DNA of 64,000 nt, taken from positions 619,769-683,768 of the forward strand of contig CAVTQK010000009.1 of the NCBI GenBank assembly GCA_963736855.1, given 5' to 3'. The DNA is from an uncultured delta proteobacterium. Lineage in GTDB: Bacteria; Desulfobacterota; Desulfobacteria; Desulfobacterales; UBA2156. Under the pieces are notes generated by a model. It worked only from the letters and a program-made list of their open reading frames with translations, had not been told where the DNA came from and did not search any database. The translations under genes were made by a program, and so were the position numbers. This document shows positions 10,950-21,599 of this stretch, piece after piece; positions within the stretch are counted from its first letter, which is position 1; the number at the start of each line of letters is the position of its first letter.

Positions 10950-12158
10950 ATGGAGAACCCAAACACCGAATCCACAGGGCAGGAAGACAAAAAAGCTTTC
11001 AAACGATTTGCAGCAAAGCGCATGGTCATCGGAATTCTTTCTACCGTGGCCGCTCTCTGGATTCTCGGCACGATAATGGGATATTTTTCCGGCCAAAAAG
11101 AAAGTGTTCAGGAGCCCGCATCCCACTCCGATACAGCCTCGTCCGAAAAATCGACCATCCCCTTATCCCACAACGATCCGGGCACGCAGCCCGTTCTTCA
11201 TGAAAAGCCGGAGCAACCGGCCGGTCATACGGTTTCAGCTTTGGAAGTTCCCCATGGCGCCCAGCAGCTCCGGGACGTAACCGGACAGCCTCCGGGGATT
11301 CAGCCCAAAATCAATATCGATTCAAAGCATCCTGACGTTTCGGCAGAACATGAGACCTCCGCCTCCGAAGGACATGAAACTCAATCCCCTGTTCAGGTGA
11401 GGTTTCCGGTCAGGGGAATGGCTCTTGTCGATGCTGTCATTAAGCCGCTGGAACATGAACTGGAAGAACGGTTTTGGGGGTGGCGTCCCAACGACCTGAT
11501 CCAGTTCACGGACAACGTAAATAACTTCCAGATGGGCGTACTCGAAGCCACCCGCCGCACTGCGGTGATCCTGGCGGAAAGGATTTCCCGGACCGGAAGC
11601 ACGGAGGCATTCGACCGGAACCTGGAAAGCTCAATGAACTGGTTCATGATCAGTGCTGACAAGTACTGGTTTCCCTCTGCGGAGTCGAAATATAAAGATG
11701 GGCTCGAAGAGCTCAAAGTCTTCTTCAAGAAGCTCGAAAAAAAGCAGGCCTCCTTTTATTCGCGAACCGACAACCTCATCCCGTTACTCATGGTGTACGA
11801 AGATCTTCTGGGAAGCTGCGACGAAAACCTCGTCAAACAGCGGGAAAAAGACGGGACCCGTGTCAGCTTTTTCAGGGCCGACGACTATTTTTATTACGCC
11901 AAGGGGGTGGCCAGCGCCATGCTGACCCTCATGGAAGCCGTTTCCGTGGATTTCGACGTCACTATAGAATCCCGCAGAGGAACAGAAGTCCTCCATCATG
12001 CCATCGAATTTCTGAAGCTTGCCACCCAAATCGATCCCTGGATCATTTTGAACAACAACCTGAGCGGGTTTTTTGCCAATCATCGGGCCAACATGGCCGC
12101 ACCCATCAGCCACGCCCGATTTTATCTCAGCGTCCTGATCAAGACCCTTTCCACTTAG
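10950..12158 (+). CDS. DUF2333-like membrane-anchored protein
   Basis: N-terminal TM, low-complexity linker, WRPND...DNVNNFQMG...RADDYFYYAKG...NHRANMA. Confidence 0.7.
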   Translation: MENPNTESTGQEDKKAFKRFAAKRMVIGILSTVAALWILGTIMGYFSGQKESVQEPASHSDTASSEKSTIPLSHNDPGTQPVLHEKPEQPAGHTVSALEVPHGAQQLRDVTGQPPGIQPKINIDSKHPDVSAEHETSASEGHETQSPVQVRFPVRGMALVDAVIKPLEHELEERFWGWRPNDLIQFTDNVNNFQMGVLEATRRTAVILAERISRTGSTEAFDRNLESSMNWFMISADKYWFPSAESKYKDGLEELKVFFKKLEKKQASFYSRTDNLIPLLMVYEDLLGSCDENLVKQREKDGTRVSFFRADDYFYYAKGVASAMLTLMEAVSVDFDVTIESRRGTEVLHHAIEFLKLATQIDPWIILNNNLSGFFANHRANMAAPISHARFYLSVLIKTLST

Positions 12159-12198
12159 TCAGACCGAAAGCGGGGCGTACCCGTGATATGCTATGTCG

Positions 12199-13386
12199 TT
12201 ATCCGGGTAAGCACGATATAAGTGCTTCCGCAACCCCGTCCAGAAAGAGCATCCCGTGCCGGGTGAGGGAAAAACGCTCCGACGAAAAGGTCGCAAACCC
12301 TTCCCGTGTCAGGCGTTCAGCCGTCTTTGAAGTGCAGCCGTAGAACGACAGGCCGAATCGCTTTTCAAAATCTTTCACGGCGATGCCCTCCCGCCTTCTG
12401 AGCCCCAAATAGACGGCCTCCATCTGCTGCTGGATCGTGGAGAGCACCTCTTCACCTCCCACGGGCCGCATGTCCGACCCTGTTGCCTCAAAGTATCCAT
12501 CGATATCCCGGATGTTCCACCATCGCTTGTTTTCTCGAAAGGAGTGGGCGCCGGGTCCCAGTCCCGCATAGGAGGCGAATATCCAATATTTCTGGTTATG
12601 CCTGGATCGGTTGACACCCGAGACGCCTTCTCCCATCCGGGCAAAATTGGAAACTTCGTAATGCTCGAACCCGTGATCCTCCAGGTAGCCGGACGTTGTC
12701 ACAAACAGATCCGCTTGCCGCACCTGGGGCAGCGGCTCAACTTCTCCGGACTCCCGACGGGCGTAAAGAACCGTTCCCGGTTCATAGGAAAGCAGATAAC
12801 AGGATAGGTGACTCGGGTTCAAGTCCACGGCTTTTTTCAAATCCGCAAGCCATACTTGTTCCGTCTGATCGGGAAGACCATAGATCAGGTCGATGCCGAT
12901 ATTCGTAAACCCGGCCCGCCCGGCTCCTTCTATTGCCGCCACAGCCTCGGCGTCTGTATGGATGCGCCCAAGAAAAGCCAGGTTTCGGGGACAAAAAGAC
13001 TGGACGCCGATATTGATCCGATTGATTCCGGCTCTATGATACTCTCCAAGGCTTTTGGGATCCACGGTACCGGGATTGACTTCCAGCGTGACTTCCGTAT
13101 CGCTTGAAAATCGGAACCGGTTTCCGGCTTTTTCCAAAATCTCTCCGATCTCATGAGATGAAAGCAAAGAAGGTGTCCCACCTCCAATATAAATGGAATC
13201 AAAGATAAGATCGGTCCAATCCTTTGAAACGATCTCCATTTCGTTGAGAACCGACCGAAGATAGGCCGGTTTCAGCTCAAGGTCGGTGACGGAATAAAAA
13301 TCGCAATATGGGCACTTTTTGAGGCAAAAAGGAACATGGATGTAAAAACCTGCAGCATCTGCCGCTGCAGCCATGGGGGCTTGCAT
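12199..13386 (-). CDS. hemW: radical SAM heme chaperone
   Basis: YIHVPFCLKKCPYCDF, GGGTPS, YEVSNFA, HNQKYW; start uncertain (TTG 13425 possible). Confidence 0.9.
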   Translation of the reverse strand: MQAPMAAAADAAGFYIHVPFCLKKCPYCDFYSVTDLELKPAYLRSVLNEMEIVSKDWTDLIFDSIYIGGGTPSLLSSHEIGEILEKAGNRFRFSSDTEVTLEVNPGTVDPKSLGEYHRAGINRINIGVQSFCPRNLAFLGRIHTDAEAVAAIEGAGRAGFTNIGIDLIYGLPDQTEQVWLADLKKAVDLNPSHLSCYLLSYEPGTVLYARRESGEVEPLPQVRQADLFVTTSGYLEDHGFEHYEVSNFARMGEGVSGVNRSRHNQKYWIFASYAGLGPGAHSFRENKRWWNIRDIDGYFEATGSDMRPVGGEEVLSTIQQQMEAVYLGLRRREGIAVKDFEKRFGLSFYGCTSKTAERLTREGFATFSSERFSLTRHGMLFLDGVAEALISCLPG

Positions 13387-13426
13387 GAGCCGACCGTTGG
13401 ATAAGGAGGTCACTTTGAGACCCAAG

Positions 13427-13972
13427 TTATAATCGGGGCTCCTGGCTCATGGCCACCCCGAGTTCAAGGGCCTGGACATTGATGTCCAGAAAGCCGGGCG
13501 GAATGCGATCTTGAAGCACCTTCAGAATAGATTCGGATTTGATGACCTGAGTGAGTCCCACAACGGCTCCCAGCATGCAGATATTGAAAACGATGGGCTT
13601 ACCTATTTTTTCCATGACCTGTTGATACATGGGAAGCTCGATTTGCCGGGCATCCACCTTCCGCTCAATTTTGACGTACCGGATATCGGTGATGAGGAGC
13701 CCCCCGGGACGAATGATGGTATAAAATTTATTATAGGCTTCCTGCGTCAGACAGACCAGAACATTAGGCTCATTGGCTTTGGGGAAATGGATCTCGCTAT
13801 CCCAGATGATGACATCGGTTCGTGTGGCGCCCCCCCGGGCCTCCGGTCCGTAGGACTGGGACTGGACAGCCATCAGGTCCTCATAGAGCACCGCGGCCTC
13901 GGCCAGGATAATGGCCGCGGTGATCACCCCCTGACCCCCTGAACCGGAAAAGACCATCCTGCATCGATTCAT
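13427..13972 (-). CDS. korC: 2-oxoacid:ferredoxin oxidoreductase gamma subunit
   Basis: GSGGQGVI, QSYGPEARGG. Confidence 0.85.
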   Translation of the reverse strand: MNRCRMVFSGSGGQGVITAAIILAEAAVLYEDLMAVQSQSYGPEARGGATRTDVIIWDSEIHFPKANEPNVLVCLTQEAYNKFYTIIRPGGLLITDIRYVKIERKVDARQIELPMYQQVMEKIGKPIVFNICMLGAVVGLTQVIKSESILKVLQDRIPPGFLDINVQALELGVAMSQEPRL

Positions 13973-13985
13973 GCCGCAAATTTCC

Positions 13986-14792
13986 TCATTTGCCTCGGGT
14001 TTTGGCCCGTTCAATAATCTTATCGTATTCCCGGCAGTATTCCGACCTCTCCTTCTGGACAAATATGCCGCGCTCGATAAGATCCGGGTTTTCCTTTTTC
14101 GCTTTAGAACCTAAAGGCGTGGTGTGATCCCTGTAGTAGGCCATCATTTCCACGGCGCTTCCCATCTTGTTTTTTCTCCCGAAATAGGTGGGGCACTGGG
14201 ACAGAATTTCCACCACTGAAAAACCTTCATGCAGGATGGCTTTTTTAAAAACATCGATCATCTGCTGCACATGGTAGGTGGTGGTGCGTGCCACGAAGGT
14301 GGCCCCGGCGGCAATGGAAAGCTCGACCACATCGAAGTCATAATCGATGTTCGTATAAGGCGCGGTGGTGGCCAAGGTGCCGTATCCGGACAAAGGACTG
14401 TATTGTCCGCCGGTCATCCCGTAAATCCGGTTGTTCATAATGATGGCCGTCATCTCGATGTTGCGCCGGGCTGCATGGATAAAGTGATTCCCTCCGATGG
14501 CCAGGGCGTCTCCATCCCCCATGGGAATAATGATGTTGAGTTCCGGGAGCCCCATCTTGACACCCGTGGCAAAGGCCAGAGCCCGGCCGTGGAGTGTGTG
14601 CAATGTGTGAAAATCGAGGTACCCCGATATTCGGGAGGAGCACCCGATGCCCGACACCATGACGATTTCGTTTTTGCTCAGGCCCAGACCCTCAATGGCC
14701 CGAATCAGGGCGTTCATCACGATTCCGTGGCCACAACCCGGACACCACATATGGGGGAAAAAGCGTTCCCGAATGTAATCTTTGAGCGGCAT
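13986..14792 (-). CDS. korB: 2-oxoacid:ferredoxin oxidoreductase beta subunit
   Basis: WCPGCG, SGIGCS, GDGD, NNRIYGMTGGQ. Confidence 0.9.
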   Translation of the reverse strand: MPLKDYIRERFFPHMWCPGCGHGIVMNALIRAIEGLGLSKNEIVMVSGIGCSSRISGYLDFHTLHTLHGRALAFATGVKMGLPELNIIIPMGDGDALAIGGNHFIHAARRNIEMTAIIMNNRIYGMTGGQYSPLSGYGTLATTAPYTNIDYDFDVVELSIAAGATFVARTTTYHVQQMIDVFKKAILHEGFSVVEILSQCPTYFGRKNKMGSAVEMMAYYRDHTTPLGSKAKKENPDLIERGIFVQKERSEYCREYDKIIERAKTRGK

Positions 14793-14796
14793 CCCT

Positions 14797-15945
14797 TTAA
14801 ACCCCTTTTCCCTGGATCACCCGTAGGATGTTACGGATATCCGTGGGCGTAATGAGTGATCCATCGATTCGATTGGCCAAAAAAACTTTTTCCGGATCTT
14901 CCACCGCCAGTTTGACGGTCTGCAGGATCTGCCCCATATTCATCTCCACCACCAGGACGATCTCCGGAGCCTTGCACCGATCGCGGATCAGATCGACCGG
15001 AAACGGCCATAAAGTCTGAAGCTCCAGAAGGCCAACCCTCTCTCCTCGGGGTCGTCGGTTTTGGACTACATGCAACGCGCTTCTCGCCGAGGATCCGTAG
15101 GAGATGAGCAGGACCTGGGCGTCATCCACAAAATATTCCTTGCACCGGGCGATTCGATTCGTGTTGTTGTTGATCTTATCTATGAGATGTCGCAACAATC
15201 CCTGGACTACACCGGGATTATTCGATGGAAACCCCCACATGTCATGGAACAGCCCGGTCACATTGTAGCGGTGCACCCCGCCGAAGTCCGACATGGGAAG
15301 ACGGCCATCCTCCCGGGGAAGATACGGATGATAATCGACACCTTCCGGCACGGAGGTGCGCAGCCGTTCGAGCAGGGGGATCTCGTCTTTCTCGGGCAGA
15401 ATCAGACGCTCACGCATGTGCCCGACCACCTCGTCGAAAAGGAGGATCACCGGGGTCCGGTAAGTCTCCGCCAGGTTGAAGGCCTCCACGGTCATGAGGA
15501 AGACGTCCTGATGATTGGAAGCGGTAAGGGCGATCACGGCGTGATCTCCATGGGTTCCCCACCGGGCCTGGTTGACGTCCCCTTGAGAAACACTGGTGGG
15601 AAGCCCGGTGGACGGTCCCCCCCGCTGGACGTTTACGATCACACAGGGAATCTCCGTCATGATGGCATATCCCAGGGCCTCTTGCATCAGGGAAAATCCC
15701 GGACCGCTCGTGGCCGTCATCACCTTGTGGCCGGTCAGTGACGCTCCGATGATGGCGCAAATGGAGGCGATTTCGTCTTCCATCTGGATGAACTTGCCGC
15801 CTCGCTGCGGAAGCCGGTAGGACAGATGTTCGGCGATCTCCGTGGAGGGGGTAATCGGGTATCCGGCGAAAAAATCGAGACCGGCGTAAAGCGCCCCTTC
15901 GACACAAGCTTCGTTTCCCTGAACAAACTTGATGTTTTTCTTCAT
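14797..15945 (-). CDS. korA: 2-oxoacid:ferredoxin oxidoreductase alpha subunit
   Basis: GYPITPSTE, QMEDE, ATSGPG, QRGGPSTGLPT. Confidence 0.9.
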   Translation of the reverse strand: MKKNIKFVQGNEACVEGALYAGLDFFAGYPITPSTEIAEHLSYRLPQRGGKFIQMEDEIASICAIIGASLTGHKVMTATSGPGFSLMQEALGYAIMTEIPCVIVNVQRGGPSTGLPTSVSQGDVNQARWGTHGDHAVIALTASNHQDVFLMTVEAFNLAETYRTPVILLFDEVVGHMRERLILPEKDEIPLLERLRTSVPEGVDYHPYLPREDGRLPMSDFGGVHRYNVTGLFHDMWGFPSNNPGVVQGLLRHLIDKINNNTNRIARCKEYFVDDAQVLLISYGSSARSALHVVQNRRPRGERVGLLELQTLWPFPVDLIRDRCKAPEIVLVVEMNMGQILQTVKLAVEDPEKVFLANRIDGSLITPTDIRNILRVIQGKGV

Positions 15946-16160
15946 TCAGAACCCTCCGGCTCCACAACCACTTCGATGGCGAGGTCAGGGCACCTGAGTT
16001 CACAAAGCCGGCAACAGATACAGTCCTGGGGCCGCTCAACGCTGACTTTGTCCTGTGCATTCAGTTCCAGCACCGACTTCGGGCAAAATGCCACGCAAAT
16101 CCCGCACCCTTTGCACCAATCTGTCTGGATGCGATGTTCTTTCAATTTCGGCTTGGCCAT
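15942..16160 (-). CDS. korD: 2x[4Fe-4S] ferredoxin-like delta subunit
   Basis: CKGCGICVAFCP, CICCRLCELRCP. Confidence 0.88.
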   Translation of the reverse strand: MAKPKLKEHRIQTDWCKGCGICVAFCPKSVLELNAQDKVSVERPQDCICCRLCELRCPDLAIEVVVEPEGSE

Positions 16161-16260
16161 CTATATCCTTTTGTTCCTGGAAACCGTTCTTCTTTCAGGT
16201 TTTCATCGCCCGAATACCGGTTAAAAGGTTGAGTTACCCTACCACGTCCCGACGCTGTTT

Positions 16261-19011
16261 TCAATCGGCGGCTTTCAGAATTTTTCTTACGACATACGGC
16301 AGGATGCCGCCATGCAGGAAATAGCTCACCTCGATGGGCGTATCGAGTCGAGCGATGACCGGAAACCGAACCATCGATCCATCTTCTTTCACGGCCGTCA
16401 CCTCGAGTCTCTCACGGGGCTGAACCGATGCGATTCCCCGGACGGAAATGATTTCGGACCCGCAAAGCTTCAGCGTTTCGAGTGCCCCTTTTTCGGCAAA
16501 AGCGAGGGGCAAAACCCCCATCCCCACCAGGTTGCTCCTGTGGATCCGCTCGAAGGATTCAGCAATCACGGCACGAACACCCAGAAGCCGGGTCCCTTTT
16601 GCCGCCCAATCCCGGGATGAACCGGTCCCGTATTCTTTCCCGGCTAAAACAACAAGGGGAATTCCTTCTTTTTCATAGGCTTGAGCGGCATCGAAGACAG
16701 CCATCTCTCTTTTTTCCGGAAACTTGAGGGTAAAGCCCCCTTCCTTCGGCGCCACCAGCTTGTTCTTGATCCGGATATTGCCGAACGTTCCCCGTATCAT
16801 CACCTCATGATTCCCCCTGCGGGCTCCATAGGAGTTGAAATCCACGGGGGAAACACCTTGATCCATGAGGTATCGGCCGGCCGGAGAACTGCTGGGAATC
16901 GTGCCGGCCGGAGAAATATGGTCGGTAGTCACCGAATCCCCGACGTACAAAAGCACCCGGGCGTCATCGATGTCCTTTGAATCTTCCCTCTCCATTCTGA
17001 ACCCTTCGAAATATGGCGGCTCTTTGATGTAGGTCGATCCTTGGGCCCACGGGAATGTGGTGCTCTTTCCCGCCGACATCTCCTTCCAGAACGCATCCCC
17101 TTTAAAAATCCGGCGATAGGTCTTTTGAAAAAATCGCCTCTTGACGTGGCGTTCGATGAGCTGTTGCACCATTTCTTTGGAAGGCCAGATGTCTTTCAGG
17201 TATACCGGTTCACCGTTGGGATCCAATCCGATGGGCTCTTGGGTCAAATCGATATCGATCCTCCCGGCAAGTGCGAAACAAACAACGAGCATGGGGGAGG
17301 CTAAAAAATTGGCCCGCACTTTCTGGTGGATCCGGGCCTCGAAGTTCCGGTTTCCGGAAAGGACCGCAGCCACCGTAAGGTGATGTTCGTTGATGACCTT
17401 TTCGATTTCCGGGTGCAGGGGGCCGCTGTTGCCGATGCAGGTTGTGCACCCGAAACCCGCCACATGGAAGCCCAGCGCCTCAAGATACGGGAGAAGGCCC
17501 GCGGCCTTCAGGTAATCCTCCACCACCCTGGACCCGGGAGCCAACGAGGTTTTAACCGAGAGAGGGATTTTCAGGCCCTTCTCCACAGCGGCCTTGGCCA
17601 GGAGACCGGCTCCAATGAGGACTTCGGGATTGGAGGTGTTGGTACAGCTCGTGATGGCGGCGATAACGACACTTCCGTCTCCAATGCTATCCTTTTTCCC
17701 GTGGATATCCACTTCGAAGACACGCCGGTCGGTAGGACGGCAGTCCGAAGGCGATATACTTGGGCTCCCCGATTCATCTCGGAACATAGACATCAGGGTC
17801 GGATCGGCATCCCGTTTATAAGCGCACCCCATCAAATCGACAAAAACGGCCTTCAGCTTTTGGATCTCGATCCGGTCCTGGGGTCTTGCAGGTCCCGCAA
17901 CAGCGGGGCGCACGGAAGAGAGATCCAGTTCCAGGACCTCCGAATAACGCACCCTGCGCTCCTCCAAGTCAAAAAAGCCGCACGCCCTGGTGTATGTCTC
18001 CACGATCTGCGCATGGTTTTTTCCCCGGGTCAGCACGAGATAATCGATTGTCATTTCGTCGATGGGAAATAAATTGATGGTGGCACCGCATTCGGGGCTC
18101 ATGTTGGAGATGGTGGCGCGCTGTGGCACAGTGAGGGTTTTCACTCCCGGCCCGAAATATTCTACGAACTTCTCCACCACTCCTTTTTTTCGCAACATCT
18201 CTGTGATGGCAAGAACAAGGTCCGTGGCTGTGGCTCCCGGACCGAGGGCTCCGGACATGCGGACTCCGATGACCTCAGGAATGGCCATGAAATAGGGTTG
18301 TCCGAGCATTACCCCTTCCGCCTCAATGCCACCCACGCCCCACCCCACCACGCCGATGCCGTTGATCATGGTCGTGTGGGAATCGGTCCCGACCAGGGTG
18401 TCCGGGAAGGCCAGCAAACCGTCACCCTCCTTTTGAGTCACAACTACTCTTCCCAGGTGTTCGAGGTTGACCTGGTGGCAGATCCCCGAGTTGGGGGGGA
18501 CCACCTTGAAGTTTCCAAAGCTTTTCTGTGCCCACTTCAAGAGGGCGTAGCGCTCCCGATTCTGCTTGTATTCCCTAGCCACGTTCTTTTTCAGGGCGTC
18601 GGCCGTGCCGAAATAATCAAGCTGGATAGAGTGATCGACGACAAGCTCTACGGGGATGAGGGGGTTGATCGCTTTGGGGTCTTTCCCCAAGTCTCGGACG
18701 GCGTCGCGCATAGCGGCAAGATCCACCACGGCCGGAACCCCGGTGAAATCCTGCATAAGGACCCGGGCCGGATGAAAGGGGATCTCCACCGGTGCATCAT
18801 ACCGACCGGCCCATCGGGCGATCTTTTCAAGGTCCGCATCGGTCACCACCGCTCCGTCGAGATGCCGAAGCAGGTTCTCACATAACATTCGGATGGAAAA
18901 AGGCAATTCGGAGATATGACCGATCCCCTTTTCTTCTAGCGCCAAGATGTTATAGTAATGGATGGATGCCCCGTTGACTCGGATCGTCTTTACGAACTCG
19001 TTTTTATTCAA
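16261..19011 (-). CDS. acnA: aconitate hydratase A
   Basis: QDFTGVPAVVDLAAMR, GTDSHT, SCTNTSNP, GCTTCIGNSG, GSSRDWAAKG. Confidence 0.97.
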   Translation of the reverse strand: MNKNEFVKTIRVNGASIHYYNILALEEKGIGHISELPFSIRMLCENLLRHLDGAVVTDADLEKIARWAGRYDAPVEIPFHPARVLMQDFTGVPAVVDLAAMRDAVRDLGKDPKAINPLIPVELVVDHSIQLDYFGTADALKKNVAREYKQNRERYALLKWAQKSFGNFKVVPPNSGICHQVNLEHLGRVVVTQKEGDGLLAFPDTLVGTDSHTTMINGIGVVGWGVGGIEAEGVMLGQPYFMAIPEVIGVRMSGALGPGATATDLVLAITEMLRKKGVVEKFVEYFGPGVKTLTVPQRATISNMSPECGATINLFPIDEMTIDYLVLTRGKNHAQIVETYTRACGFFDLEERRVRYSEVLELDLSSVRPAVAGPARPQDRIEIQKLKAVFVDLMGCAYKRDADPTLMSMFRDESGSPSISPSDCRPTDRRVFEVDIHGKKDSIGDGSVVIAAITSCTNTSNPEVLIGAGLLAKAAVEKGLKIPLSVKTSLAPGSRVVEDYLKAAGLLPYLEALGFHVAGFGCTTCIGNSGPLHPEIEKVINEHHLTVAAVLSGNRNFEARIHQKVRANFLASPMLVVCFALAGRIDIDLTQEPIGLDPNGEPVYLKDIWPSKEMVQQLIERHVKRRFFQKTYRRIFKGDAFWKEMSAGKSTTFPWAQGSTYIKEPPYFEGFRMEREDSKDIDDARVLLYVGDSVTTDHISPAGTIPSSSPAGRYLMDQGVSPVDFNSYGARRGNHEVMIRGTFGNIRIKNKLVAPKEGGFTLKFPEKREMAVFDAAQAYEKEGIPLVVLAGKEYGTGSSRDWAAKGTRLLGVRAVIAESFERIHRSNLVGMGVLPLAFAEKGALETLKLCGSEIISVRGIASVQPRERLEVTAVKEDGSMVRFPVIARLDTPIEVSYFLHGGILPYVVRKILKAAD

Positions 19012-19074
19012 TATCGCCTCCTACCTCATACCCGTGGATTCTTCTTCTAAATCTACTTGCACTTTATGCCTCCA

Positions 19075-20298
19075 TTATCTCCTGAAAGCATCCGTGACGG
19101 CCCGGGCAAACCCTGAGCAGGAAAGTTCCACGGCCCCTTCCATCTGTCGAGCCAGGTCGTAGGTAACCCGTTTTTGTGAAATGGCGCTGCTGAGTCCTTC
19201 TCGGACAAGATCTCCGGCCTCCTTCCATCCCATGTAATCGAACATGAGAGCCCCAGACAGGATTAGAGACCCCGGGTTCACCTTGTCGAGCCCGGCGTAT
19301 TTCGGGGCAGTACCATGGGTGGCTTCAAATACCGCGTATCCGTCCCCGATATTGGCCCCAGGCGCCATCCCGAGCCCTCCCACCATGGCAGCCAGTGCGT
19401 CGGACATATAGTCCCCATTCAGGTTCGGCATGGCCAGGACATCGTACTCGTCGGGGCGAAGCAGAATATGTTGAAACATGGCGTCTGCAATCCGGTCCTT
19501 GATGATGACTTTTCCCTCTGGGAGCCTTTGTTCTTGTTTATCCGACAGGTCTTCTTCCGTTACCGTCACATCGGCGAATTTTTCGCGTGCCAATTCGTAT
19601 CCCCAGTTGCGAAAGGCCCCCTCGGTGAATTTCATGATGTTTCCCTTGTGAACGAGGGTTACACTGCGTCGTCCATGCTTAAGGGCATATTGAATCGCCA
19701 TACCCACCAAACGGCGCGTTCCGAAACGGCTCATGGGTTTAAGCCCTATCCCTGAGCCTGGACGGATTTTCTTTCCCGTCTCCTCTTGAACGAGGGCGAT
19801 AATTTTTTTAGCAATCGCCGAATCAGCCTCCCATTCCAACCCGGTATAAACATCTTCGGTATTTTCCCGGAATACGACCATATCCACCTTTTCCGGATGA
19901 CGCATGGGGCTGGGCACCCCCGGGATGTATTTTACCGGCCGGATGCATGCGAAAAGGTCCAACTCCTGGCGCAGGGCCACGTTGACACTGCGGATCCCCT
20001 TTCCAACAGGAGTTGTCAGAGGCCCCTTAATGGCGATACCATGTTCCCGTATGCTCTGAAGCGTCTCATCCGGAAGGAAACTTCCGGACTCCCGGAAGGC
20101 CTTTTCACCTGCCAGTACCTCTTTCCAGCGAATACCCCGTTTTCCTTTATAAACATGGTCCACGGCTGAATCCAGAACCATACGGGTGGCCTTCCAGATA
20201 TCCGGACCGGTGCCGTCCCCTTCGATATACGGAATGTCGGGAAAGTCCGGAAACCGGCAACGCGCAGACTCTGAATCCCGGATCGTCTCCATTTTCAT
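19075..20298 (-). CDS. icd: NADP-dependent isocitrate dehydrogenase
   Basis: [43 protein letters not shown]. Confidence 0.96.
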   Translation of the reverse strand: MKMETIRDSESARCRFPDFPDIPYIEGDGTGPDIWKATRMVLDSAVDHVYKGKRGIRWKEVLAGEKAFRESGSFLPDETLQSIREHGIAIKGPLTTPVGKGIRSVNVALRQELDLFACIRPVKYIPGVPSPMRHPEKVDMVVFRENTEDVYTGLEWEADSAIAKKIIALVQEETGKKIRPGSGIGLKPMSRFGTRRLVGMAIQYALKHGRRSVTLVHKGNIMKFTEGAFRNWGYELAREKFADVTVTEEDLSDKQEQRLPEGKVIIKDRIADAMFQHILLRPDEYDVLAMPNLNGDYMSDALAAMVGGLGMAPGANIGDGYAVFEATHGTAPKYAGLDKVNPGSLILSGALMFDYMGWKEAGDLVREGLSSAISQKRVTYDLARQMEGAVELSCSGFARAVTDAFRR

Positions 20299-21584
20299 CG
20301 ATTTTTGCTCCTGATCCCCTCAACAGGGCCCTTTGGAACCCGAACCAAAAGACCGGCATTAGGAAGCACGGCCAGAGCTCCTTTTCGGTTTTGTATATGT
20401 TGCAGCGCTTGATCAAGTGAAACTTTTTTAACTCCGATAATTCGACAGGTTTTTTCGTCAAGATCCGTGATCATGAGAATTCTGATCCGGTCGGTTTTAG
20501 TCATCATGGAAAGGGCGGTTCCACCGTTTCCCTCATATCGCCCGGAAAGCCTCTCAAATGCTCCGGCATATCCCCCCATGGAAAAATAAGGTAAGAAAGT
20601 ACTGGAGCCCACCCCGTCCCGGCACCGGGCCAATGCCACCAGTGTCCCCCCGTCCTCGACGAAAAGGGAGGCGTTCTGAATCGCCTTATGGCTCTGGATG
20701 AAGTTGATGTCCCTGGGATGACTCCCGCATGATGCCAGAACCCACGAATACCTCTTTCCATCGGGGAGTTCGCAATTTCGCGCATGCTCGGCGCATGCTT
20801 TCCGAAAATCGGAAGGACCGGTACCGAAAAGCAGCTCGCAAACCTTTCCGTTTCGGTCCAGGATGCCATGGATGGCCATATGGGCCTGAAAAAAGGCTTC
20901 ATGCTCCTCGAGATCCTCGGCCAGGGGGTTGCCGTCCAAAACTCCCGGTCGGCAGCCGGGAGCCAATCGCTTCTTGGCCCTATCCAGGAAAAGGGCATGA
21001 TTGAGATAGATGGCCTCCTGGAACCCCAGACCCGGAAAAATCAGCTTCCGTCCCCCCCCATATCCCGCAAAATAATGATGGGAAATCGCACCGAAAGTTA
21101 AAACAAACGTGCACTCCAGAAGATCTTTACGCATCAGAACCGGTGTCTTGCGGGATGTTTCACCCAAGAGCGCAAAGGAGTCCGGGTTGCTGCCGTCGTG
21201 GTGTATAATGGTAAAACGGCGATAGGCATCGCCGTAGGCGGCAAGGCTTTCAACATCACTTTGCCGGGCATGGGTGCCGTAGGCAATGAAAAACCGGATC
21301 CGGCCGGAATCGACGCCTCGCTTCTCAAATGCCTCCCTCAACCCGGGAAGATAAATCGGATAATTGCACAGGCGGGTCTTATCCGCGACAACGATGCCGA
21401 CCCGGCTCAGATCCGGCCTGGCGGAATCTATGGCGTGATCGACTTGAAGAAAAAAGCGTTCCGGGTCGCACCGGGACTTTGGGTCCCGGACATCGAAAAG
21501 AACAACATCACCGGAAAGGTCCCAATCGATGAGGTCGTTACCGTATCTCAGAGTAATTTTATCCAAGGATTTGGCCTGGCTCAA
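20295..21584 (-). CDS. LarA-family (nickel-pincer) 2-hydroxyacid racemase/epimerase
   Basis: [29 protein letters not shown]. Confidence 0.8.
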   Translation of the reverse strand: MSQAKSLDKITLRYGNDLIDWDLSGDVVLFDVRDPKSRCDPERFFLQVDHAIDSARPDLSRVGIVVADKTRLCNYPIYLPGLREAFEKRGVDSGRIRFFIAYGTHARQSDVESLAAYGDAYRRFTIIHHDGSNPDSFALLGETSRKTPVLMRKDLLECTFVLTFGAISHHYFAGYGGGRKLIFPGLGFQEAIYLNHALFLDRAKKRLAPGCRPGVLDGNPLAEDLEEHEAFFQAHMAIHGILDRNGKVCELLFGTGPSDFRKACAEHARNCELPDGKRYSWVLASCGSHPRDINFIQSHKAIQNASLFVEDGGTLVALARCRDGVGSSTFLPYFSMGGYAGAFERLSGRYEGNGGTALSMMTKTDRIRILMITDLDEKTCRIIGVKKVSLDQALQHIQNRKGALAVLPNAGLLVRVPKGPVEGIRSKNR

Positions 21585-21599
21585 AGCATGAGGCGGACA

